A stretch of DNA of 64,000 bases from Octopus sinensis (taxonomy: Eukaryota): contig NC_043012.1 of assembly GCF_006345805.1 (NCBI RefSeq), positions 6,758,001 through 6,822,000 on the forward strand, in the 5' to 3' direction. Shown here piece by piece: positions 54,121-64,000 of this stretch (positions are counted from its first letter, which is position 1; every line of letters starts with the position of its first letter). The notes below the pieces were generated by a model. It saw only the letters and a list, made by a program, of their open reading frames with translations. It was not told where the DNA came from and ran no database searches. Both the position numbers and the translations under genes were made by a program.

Positions 54121-54760
54121 TGAAACCCTCTTTTCTAACAGAAAAATTGAAATTTCTCATTTCATTTCTGTTAAAATAATCATTTGATCATCTTCGTCAA
54201 AATAACTTATGATAATAATTTATCTTATATTCCTTGGAGACATGTGCTAGAAATGGTTCCTCTGTGTACCATATCCTTATATGGAATTAGTGACTGATGC
54301 ACTATTCTCGTTTGTACAAATTTTTTTTTAAAAATTGGATTTGCTTTGTTGTTGTTTTGTTAATTTTTACCACATGATAAACTCACTGAGAATTATCAGA
54401 AATATTCAATTTGTAAATTTGGAATTCCATTATAAATTCATTAATTAATGACGGAAATTAACTATCAGAAAAATTTATTTTTAAAAATCTTTCTTCATTT
54501 CATGAAATCCCACACGCATAAAATAAAAATAAGATTAAGAGAAAAGGATAAGAATAGTACAAAAATTACAACAACAAAAACAAACATAGTTCATCATAGC
54601 AAGCAAGAAATTCAGTAATACTATAAAAGCTACAAGTATCTGGGAAAGCTGATGGACTTGATTAAGATCTCTATTACTACTGGTTGGAACACTTTGACCA
54701 ATATTCATGAATTTGTGGCAATACCATTCGATAAATTAGACAAGAATCAATAGGTAATGA

Positions 54761-55096
54761 CTCCCTTCAGGCATGAGTGATCATGTGATTGCGCCTAGAA
54801 AGTCCCCCCCACCCACCCCGAGGCACAAGTGCAGGCATGGTCGTTTATGGAAGACCAGCAGTCATCCATGCATACCAGCCTCCTTTCTCCATGCCACTGA
54901 TGTTATCCAAGGGAAAGGCAAAAGCTGATACCACTTGGCACCAGTGACTTTGCAACTCATTTCTACAGCTGAGTGAACTGAAGCAATGCAAAATAAAGTG
55001 TCTTGCTCAAGAACACAACATAGCCCAGTCTGGGAATCGAACTCACTACATCATGATTGTGAGCCTGACCCTCTAAACACTGAGTCATGTACCTAC
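54761..55096 (-). mobile_element. SINE family D1
   Basis: Homology to the 4274 copy. Confidence 0.82.
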
Positions 55097-55589
55097 ATAC
55101 AAGACTCAATATGTGAATGTTAAACTGAGTGTGAGCGCAAATTATGAAATCAAAAACACTAGACATCTGCCCAGAAGGAATACTTGTATATGGCCCAAAG
55201 TGCTAAAAGAGCAGCCAAATAACATTCAGATCATGCCATCTTAACATTTAGTGTTTAAACTCCTGGCCATATCTGATACAAATATTCTAGCTGTTTTATA
55301 TTCAAAGTGGCCTGATCTGGCTTCTCACACCTACCCTACAATGTCATTCTAAAAATAAACAGCCACATCAATGAAATCATGAAGCTACGACAATGCATGA
55401 GGAATTCAAAACAATGTAAAGTGGGTGGCAATTGGAAGGGCATCAGACCATAAAAACCTAATCCAAATTGCATGTATGAGCATCTGTCTCTGGAAGACCA
55501 GCTCCCGAAGGATATGATTCAGGCCTTCACAGCCTGCCCAACTCATACCAGCAGGGAAAGCAAATGTGAAAAAAGAATGGTGATATTAA

Positions 55590-55997
55590 GGCACAGGAGT
55601 GGCTGTGTGGTAAGTGGCTTGCTTACCAACTACATGGTTCTGGGTTCATTCCTACTGCATGGCACCTTGGGAAACTGTCTTCTACTATAGCCTTGGGCTG
55701 ACCAATCCTTGTGAGTGGATTTGGAAGACGGAAACTGAAGGAAGCCCATCGTGTATATGTATATATATATGTATGTGTGTGTATATGTTTGTGTGTCTGT
55801 GTTTGTCCCTCCGACATCACTTGACAACTGATGGTGGTGTGTTTACGTCCCCGTAACTTAGCGGTTTGGCAAAAGAGACCGATAGAATAAGTACTAGGCT
55901 TCCAATGAATAAGTCCTGGGTTCAATTTGCTTGATAAAAGGCGGTGCTCCAGCATGGCCACAGTCAAATGACTGAAACAAGTAAAAGAGTAAAAGAA
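55590..55997 (+). mobile_element. SINE family A, full length
   Basis: Homology to the 11695 copy. Confidence 0.9.
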
Positions 55998-56027
55998 TAT
56001 ATTAATACACCCACCCACACACACACA

Positions 56028-56375
56028 CTGGCTGCCTGTGCTGGTGGCACATAAAATGCACCACCCAAACATGGTTGATGCTGGCCCCGACTTGCTCTTG
56101 TACCGGTAGCACGTAAAAAGCCCCATCCGAACGTGGCTGATGCCTGTGCCACCAGACTGGCTCTTGCACTGGTGGCACGTAAAAAGCACCCACTACACTC
56201 TCAGAGTGGTTGGCATTAGGAAGGGCATCCAGCTGTAGAAACCTTGCCAGATCAGATCGGAGCCTGGTGCAAGCCTCCTGGCTTGCCAGTCCCCAGTCAA
56301 ACTGTTCAACCTATGCCAGCATGGGAAACGGATGTTAAACGATGCTGATGATGATGATGATGATGATGATGGTGA
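56028..56375 (+). mobile_element. SINE-like family C with ~3 internal units
   Basis: Homology to other C copies. Confidence 0.85.
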
Positions 56376-57622
56376 TTCACTTTATTAAGAGGTTGGTTGT
56401 TCACCTGGAAAGCCATAATATCTTAACCAGTTGAACAGAAAAGGCACAAGAGGGAGATACATGGCTGTGAAAAGCAAGTGCTGGTGAAAAAGGCAATTAT
56501 GGAAGACAGGAAAAAGAGAAAACAAAAGGGAAAAATCTTTAATATTGATTACCAAAATGCATTTATGGCCGACCACATTCTTGGATATTGGAATCATTCT
56601 GTATAAATAAACCAATGTGATACATGAACCATGACATACCAAAATGGGAAAATAGAAAGCATCCTTATGGCTGCAGGACAAATGGATGCTTAATACCATC
56701 TCCATACCAATAAGAAGAGAAATATTTTAAAGCAAGTCCCTCTTGCCATCTGCTCAGTTTCAACGCCATAAACAAATTTACTGAAAGGATCCATCAATTG
56801 TTATTGTATTATAAACCTTATTCTAAATATGTATTGCTTAACCCTTTTGAAAGTAACCTGTCTAAGGCCACACCTCCTTCTATGCTACAAACTTCCTGTT
56901 TTAAAGAGATTTAAATTAAAATGTCCAGTGAAAATTTCATGTTCATTTATGTTCCAAACAGTAGCTTAAAAAATGACAATTACTAAATATTTCATTATTT
57001 TCAAAATTAATTAAAATACAAGCTGAGTATTTCAAAGAAATATAGTCATAAAAGGGTTAATAATGATAGTTATTATATGAAATTTTTCATTTATTTTCGA
57101 AATTAATGGTAGTAAAAGCTGTGCATTTCAACAGAAATATGGTAACAAAAAGGAAACTGTTTCCAAGGAACAATATCCATCTGAAGAACCAAATAAAAAA
57201 ATGTTCAAGAATTTATCCAGAATATAAAAATGATTACGTGATTATGGAGTTAGATAAATGTGCTAAAGATTCTATTAAGAGAGGCAAATTAGCTGCAACT
57301 GAGAACATTAAATCAGATACAGATAGTGATAGGAGAAAATTAAAACTGAACCACCCATTACAGAGTTAATGAAATTTGTAAGATATAACACAGAAAAAAA
57401 TAGAGGAAATTAGAAAGAAATGCTCCAGAACAGTTTTTAATTTTGGCACAACACCAGCAATTCCAGGGGCTAAGTTGTTTACATCAACCCCAATAATAAA
57501 CAGGTTGAAAGGCAAAGTTAACCTTGGTGGGATTGGAACCCAGAACATAAAAACAGGCAAAATAATATTATGCATATTACCTGAAGTGCTAATGATTGTG
57601 CCAGCTCTAACCTTAAAACTAA

Positions 57623-58070
57623 TATTCTTTTCTACTCTAGGTACAAGGCCTGAAATTCTTGGGAAAGGTGCCAGTCAATTAAATCGACCCCAGTACTTGA
57701 CTGGTACTTAATTTATCGACCCTGAAAGGATGAAAGGCAAAGTTGACCGTGGCAGAATTTGAACTCAGAACGTAAAGACAGATGAAATACCGCTAAGCAT
57801 TTCATTCGATGTGCTAATGCTTCTGCCAGCTCGCCGCCTTATGCTACCATTTTATTCTTTTCTACTCTAGGCACAAGGCCCGAAATTCTTGGGAAGGGGG
57901 CCAGTTGATTAGATCAATGCCAGTACTTGACTGGTACTTAATTTATTGACCCTGAAAGGATGAAAGGCAAAGTTGACCTTGGTGGAATTTGAACTCAGAA
58001 TGTAAAGACAGATGAAATACTGCTAAGCATTTCACCTGATGTGCTAATGTTTCTGCCAGCTTGCAGCCTT
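57623..58070 (-). mobile_element. Two tandem SINE B copies (57623-57840, 57854-58070)
   Basis: Homology to other B copies. Confidence 0.88.
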
Positions 58071-58222
58071 CTTAAAGCTAAAATCAAAAACTGAATACAA
58101 AGCTAGAAATAAGATGGTAGGTGTGAAAACACCAAACATCACTATTATAAAGTTGAGCTTCAGCATAGTAAATGAGTTTGAATAGCTCAAGCACAACCAT
58201 AGAACCTAGAAAACTAAAAATA

Positions 58223-58943
58223 CGACCTCTAGATGACTTTGGAATCCCCTGCAACTCTTCTGGATGGCCTTCTTGTTTAAGTTGATGAATGCTGCCATAC
58301 TATAATCCTTGCGTTCAGTACATTTTTGGTGTCATACGGAATTTTGTTGCCCTCTTGCTTAACTGTGCCCCACATATAATAATCAAGGGGGTTGCAGTCT
58401 GGGGAGTTAGGGGTGATGTGGTCTCAAAAATTGTCTGACAGCCATGACTGGGTTCTCTTGCTTGTGTGGCATGGTGCAGAGTCCTGTTGCCAGATATAGG
58501 GTCTTCCAGCAGCCACTCTCTTGATCCAGGGCAGAACTACTTTCTGGCACTTGATGTAGGCTTCCGTGTTGAGTTTGAGGCTATGTTGGAAGATGAATGG
58601 AGGCATAACGTCGCCATCACTAGTGATCTCTCCAAACACCATGATGTTGATTGGATGTTTGATTTTCATCAGTCTTGGTACATGTTTTGGGAACACGGCA
58701 AGTCAATGGTTTTTCTGTCTGTTCACCATCTATTCATATTGAAGCTTCCAGCATGAATGCCAAGCAGTACTGCAAATCGCTTCCAAATTCTTGGCAGAGT
58801 GAATTGCATCATAGTGCTGTTTTTCTCACAAACGGTGCCCAACTGACCCTACTATACTGTGTAGTTGACAAAATCAAAAACAAACAATGCACATACATGA
58901 AATTAAAAATATAAAATGGTGGCAATTTACCGATTGCACCCTG
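58223..58943 (-). mobile_element. Second DD37D (maT) derivative, truncated
   Basis: Highly similar to 47635-48392; WQQDSAPCHTSKRTQSWLSDNF; TIR-like end at 58943. Confidence 0.85.
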
Positions 58944-59982
58944 TATATATGTGTTGCATGTGTATTTTTGTATTTATATTTGTCCCCTGCCACTGCAGGA
59001 AAACTGATCTTGGTTTCTCTATGTCCGCATAACTTAGCAATTTGGCAAAAAAAAAAGAGTGATAGAATAAATACCAGACTTAAAAAATATGTATTGGGGC
59101 CAAATGTTCAATGAAAATCCCTTCTAGACAGTGCTCCAGTATGGCTGTTAGTCAATGACTAAAACAAGTGGAAGAAAATAGAATAAAATAAACAGATGCC
59201 CTACAAAAACTGATTTGGAAAAATTCTTTGAAGAATGCAAAAGAAACAAATTTGTGTAAGAAAGGAATATGTTGAAAACAAAAAGAAAATCCTTTTCTCC
59301 CTTTGTAAGGAAACAATGAGATACAAACTGGAAGCTAAGTGCACTGAGAATAAAACAATAGGGAAAAGGTTTTAATAATGTTAATCAAAATGGAATTCCA
59401 AGATATAACAAGGAAAGAAAAATGGTTAGGAAAACGTTTTCCTGGTCAATGGACTGCAAGACTTGAGAGAAAAGGAAATAAATCAGTGTGAAAACTAAGA
59501 ATGGCTCAAAAGATTTGGTTTAGAAGGAGAAACAGAAGGTCTGATTTTAAATTGATGCCTAGCCACACAATGTGATTAATTAAAAGAAAAACAAAAATGG
59601 AAGGAAGGAAGGAAGGAAGAGAAGGGAAACTCCCCTTCTTTATTACAGAGAAGAATCTAAGGCAACAAAACCAGCAGAATTGTTAGCACAAGGGACAAAA
59701 TTCTTAGCTGCTTTTATTCTGGTTTCATGTTCTGGTGCTGATAAAATAAATACCAGTCATGCACTGGGGTCAATGTAATCAACTAGTTCCTGCTCCCTAA
59801 ATTTCGGGCCTTGAGCCTCTAGTAGAAAGGAATATTACATGTTAGTCTAAGACAGAAAGCTGGTAGAATCGTTACTGCAATGGACGAAATGGTTTGAAAG
59901 ACAAGCTAGTTTTTGATGGAGTTTCTCTCTCTATATATATATCCATTGAAATCTAATGTCAGCTCCTTACCAATTAGATAAT

Positions 59983-60350
59983 ACAGTTCTATACTTAAGA
60001 GATGAGGAATTATGTACATTATTTACATTATTTACATTAGACAGATATTTGTCCTCATCTTGTTTGTTGTTAACACAATGTTTCGGCTGATATACCCTCC
60101 AGCCTTCATCAGGTGGCTTGGGGAAATTTCGAACCTGCATTGTCATTCCACTGGTGTCAAGCCAGTTGGTATTAGCTTCGAGTCTCTACATCTACACAGG
60201 AAAGTTAAATGGTTTGAAAGACAAGTTAGTTTTTGATGGAGTTTCTCTATATATCAGCTGAATGGAAGGTATATCAGCCGAAACATTGTGTTAACAACAA
60301 ACAAGATGAGGACAAATATCCGTCAAATGTAAATAGTGAAAATAATGTAT
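59983..60350. mobile_element. Family E divergent pair without tRNA heads, rearranged
   Basis: Minus arm 59983-60138, partial plus arm ~60259-60350. Confidence 0.8.
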
Positions 60351-60369
60351 ATCTCTCTCTCGCTTTTTC

Positions 60370-60457
60370 CTCTCTGATGATGGAATACTAACCCTATGGA
60401 ATTCTTACTCAGTATGATGATCCACAAGCTTGACTATTCTAGAAACAGCTGTAAGAG
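60370..60457 (+). ncRNA. Minimal type I hammerhead motif with unmutated core
   Basis: CTCT-CTGATGA-TGGAATA...TATTCTA-GAAA-CAGCTG-TA-AGAG. Confidence 0.7.
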
Positions 60458-61432
60458 ACTCTGTATATCTATATTCTCTATCTAAATGAAATGTCTTTTT
60501 CAAGTGATGCCAAGCAGTTTGCTTTATCATTTTTACATCCACTCACAAGGCTTTGGTTGGCATGGAACTCCAGTAGACACGCATGTTGCCACATGGTAAT
60601 ATTGAAGCTGCAACCATGTGGCTGGAAAGCAAACTTCTTACAACATAGTCACCATTCACCACTTCACCATTATCCAAAATGTGAACCCTGAGTTGATGGG
60701 TGCATATAAAATAACACATCAAATGCATACAAAGGGGGTCCACTCCTTACAAACGTCTTTTCCTCGTCAGAAACTGCTTTCAGTGGTACATCAACTTGTA
60801 GATAGCACCAGCCACCAGCTATAAGGGTACTTCAGGACCTATGGGGGTTCCCTAGTTGGCTGTTAGATGGCTAACCCCCTTTTGGGGTGCCTGTTTCCTC
60901 ACATTGAATTCAATGTAAACCCCCATCTCATTCATGTACACTGTCTTTATAATCCGCCCCCATCTCATCTGGTGTTTTCCTGGCAAATAAAGAAACAATC
61001 ATCATCATCACTATCATCATCGTTGTTGTCATCATTATCCTCATCAATGTCACTACCACCACCACCACCTTAATACTCTCTGTCAGATATATTATTCACA
61101 ATATTTAAAAGATCTTTGAATATTTTAAATTAATTAGGTATATTTATGTCAATTATGAATATACTATGTTTAAATCAATTAGGAATATACTACATTAATT
61201 CAGAATATATGATTTTCATGTTAATTAAAACATACTATATTCATGATAATTTGGAACATATTGTATTTATCTTAATTAGGAATATATTATATTTACGGTA
61301 ATTAGACATAACACACACATGTAAATCATATCTATCTGCCTTTCTCACCCTCTCTCTGTCTATCTGCATCTGTGTTTTTATGTGTGTGTGTGTATTTATA
61401 TATATATTTATATGTATATATATATATATGAG

Positions 61433-61466
<34 letters not shown>

Positions 61467-61568
61467 TACATATATATATATGTAAATATGAAACAAGGTG
61501 GAAAAAAGAGTACTCAAATACCAGAGGTAGAGTAATATGCTTTATTTAAAAGCAGCAGAAATATAACA

Positions 61569-61614
61569 AAAACTGTTACTCAGAGTTTCACGTTCCCATT
61601 CGTTGGACAGTTTT
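61569..61614 (-). ncRNA. Decayed minimal hammerhead motif in a pLTR-like fragment (61500-61620)
   Basis: AAAACTGT-CCAACGA-ATG ggaa CGT-GAAA-CTC T GAG-TA-ACAGTTTT; perfect 8-bp stem I; core mutated; AATAAA downstream. Confidence 0.6.
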
Positions 61615-61615
61615 G

Positions 61616-61654
<39 letters not shown>

Positions 61655-61844
61655 AGGCGGTGCTCCAGCATGGCCACAGTCAAATGACTGAAACAAATAA
61701 AAAGAAAAAAAAGAAAAAGAATATATGAAATGGATTTACATCTTCAATACCCATACATATCTTGCATCTATTTTCTTTCCTCCACCTCACTCTCTGATTT
61801 GTATCCTGTCTAAATTAACTATTACTTAACCATCCTCTCACACC

Positions 61845-61896
61845 GTCTCCGATGAAGGGATATAATTAATAAATATCATAGAAACAGCTGTAAGGC
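61845..61896 (+). ncRNA. Decayed minimal hammerhead motif
   Basis: GTCT-CCGATGA-AGGGATA..TATCATA-GAAA-CAGCTG-TA-AGGC; stem II has mismatches. Confidence 0.5.
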
Positions 61897-61966
61897 CTTC
61901 TATCTATAAATGCTCTAATATCTACACGGTTTTTTATCGTATTGCGCAAAAAAATTCTTATATATA

Positions 61967-61997
<31 letters not shown>

Positions 61998-62201
61998 GTA
62001 TTCTTTTATTCGTTTTAGTCATTTGACTGCAACGATGTTGGAGCATCACCTTTCGTCAAGCAAATTGACCCCAGGACTTATTCTTTGTAAACCTAGTGCT
62101 TCTTCTATCGGCCTCTATACCCAAACCACTAAGTTTCGGGGACATAAACACACCAGCATTAGTTGTCAAGTGATGTTGGGGGAATAAACACAGACACACT
62201 A

Positions 62202-62232
<31 letters not shown>

Positions 62233-62561
62233 CAATGGGCTTCTTTCAGTTTCCATCTACCAAATTTACTCACAAGGCTTTGGCCAGCTCAAGGCTATAG
62301 CAGAGGGACTGAACCCGGAACAATGTGGTTAGGATTATTGTTTTATTTGTTTCAGTCATTTGACTGTGGCCATGCTGGAGCACCACTTTTAGTCAAACAA
62401 ATCAACCCCAGGACTTATTCTTTGTAAGCCTAGTAATTATCCTATTGGTCCCTTTTGCCAAACCGCTAAGTTACGAATATGTAAAGACACCAACATTGGT
62501 TGTCAAGCAATGGTGGGAGTACAAAATAATAATGATAACAATAATGATAATAATAATAATG

Positions 62562-62592
<31 letters not shown>

Positions 62593-62593
62593 T

Positions 62594-62748
62594 GACATCA
62601 AAAAATACCTTATGAATGAGAACCCAGGTTTGAAATTTTCCCCAAGACACCTGATGAAGGCTGGAGGGTATAACAGCCAAAACATTGTGTTAACAACAAA
62701 CAAGATGAGGACAAATATCCGTCAAATGTAAATAATGTAAATAATGTA
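62594..62748 (+). mobile_element. Solo headless family E arm next to a SINE A fragment
   Basis: Near-identical to the right arms at 23060-23240 and 28930-29083; GAAA changed to AAAA. Confidence 0.85.
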
Positions 62749-63214
62749 GATCAACCCTAGTACTTATTTGTATTGGACTGTTATTTCTAGCAAAACCACA
62801 GAACCTCTGTTGCTCGTTCATCATTGCTAGTATTGGAAAATGCAACTTTTCTTTTGATTTCTTGTATAAGAATTTCATTTTATTGACCATGGAGAGATGA
62901 AAGGAATTTTTTAAGTCTGGCTGGATTTAAACAAAGAACCAAAAGAATTGTAACTACTGCAAGACATTTTATGTTATTCTACTGAATCGATTCCACCATC
63001 ACCAATAACAACAACAACATCAGCATCAACATCATGAAGCAGAACTATCATACTCGAAACAGCAACCAGATTTTGATAAAATCACACTCTAAGGAAAGGA
63101 ACTAACTGGACAATGTAACCCACCCAAAAATGATGGAATGGTCAAAGTCAGGATACCTTTAATCATAGATCTGCTTGGTCAGAGCTGACCTGAGGTTAAT
63201 ACATCAAAACAACA

Positions 63215-63805
63215 ACAATAATACGATAATTTATTTTCAAATGCAGAAATGCCGTTAGAATAGCAGAAACATTGGGTAAATTACTCTTACAAAAAGAAAA
63301 AAAATTGTCAAAAATCAGTCATGGGACTCAAACCCACATCTCTTGAAGATTCCAGCCAAGTGCTTTACCATTAAGTTAAACTGCCTGCCGACAATTTAAT
63401 CCACTTTTTAGATGCAATAAAGTTAAATGTATGACCACGTGTATATAAATATAAATAAACTAATATTTGTTTTTTTTTATAAATGCCAAAATGTATATTG
63501 TAAGGTGCAAATAAGACAATAATTTATTTTGAAATGCAGAGACACCACTATAACAGCAGAGACGTTGGGTAAATTACTCTTACAAAGTGGAAAAATTTGA
63601 CAACAACCACCCATGGGACTTGAACCCAGATCCCTTGGCGACTGTAGCCAAATGTTTTATCATTAAGTTAATCTGCCCACTGACAAATCAATCCATGATT
63701 TTAGACACTCTAAAACTAAATGTATATAATATAAACAAAACCAACATTTGATTTTTACAAACATCAAAATGTGTCTTGCAAGATAGAAAATAAGATGATA
63801 GTTTC
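63215..63805 (-). repeat. Two diverged tandem ~293-bp units, each with a tRNA-like segment
   Basis: TTGGGTAAATTACTCTTACAAA at 63272 and 63565; minus strand TAACTTAAT(G/A)G...GGTT(T/C)(G/A)AGTCCC A/B-box-like motifs. Confidence 0.7.
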
Positions 63806-64000
63806 TTTATTAAATCATCTAATTTGTATCTTACAAAACAAATTTCTGCTCTTATAAAAAGCAAATATTAGTTTAAAGTGATGGTATGTTGCCAACTTAA
63901 TGCAGCAGTCCCATGAAAGGGAAGGATGTTACTGCTATTTAGCCCCAGGAAACACCGTTTCCAGTTGGCCATGACACATTAAGTTGGCTACACACTATCA

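Larger units (their letters stand above)
56390..59575 (+). mobile_element. Old R4/Dong-clade LINE RT region broken into four collinear pieces
   Basis: PVEQKRHKREIHGCEKQVLVKKAIMED...IDYQNAF / PHSWILES (~56427-56600); ELDKCAKDSIKRGKLAATENIK (~57245-57315); KARNKM (~58075-58222); KWLGKRFPGQW / WLKRFGLEGETEGLI (~59415-59550). Confidence 0.75.

Noticed and set aside
56385-56705. 106-aa minus-strand ORF
   Set aside because: Antisense shadow of the plus-strand R4 RT remnant.

Overview
AT-rich eukaryotic DNA, almost entirely repeats. The SINE, microsatellite and transposon content looks like an Octopus (cephalopod) intron or intergenic region; this is inference from my recollection of such repeats. 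I recognise no host protein-coding exon, and most ORFs in the track are microsatellite translations. The window holds: at least five SINE-like families (my labels A-E); a full-length decayed mariner; DD37D/maT and other mariner derivatives; two Helitrons; hAT MITEs; a GG-terminated MITE family with 8-bp TSDs; and fragments of RTE, CR1 and R4/Dong LINEs. The main signal is a set of type I hammerhead-ribozyme (HHR) motifs from several unrelated sequence families, of the minimal kind associated with Penelope-like elements (PLEs). Many sit in divergent inverted-repeat or tandem arrangements. One family (E) joins a Pol III tRNA-like head to an HHR and inserts as a head-to-head palindrome. Another (42.2/43.1 kb) carries a U3-A8 covariant core inside a ~910-bp tandem unit. 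All structures were folded by eye; family names are unverified against databases.
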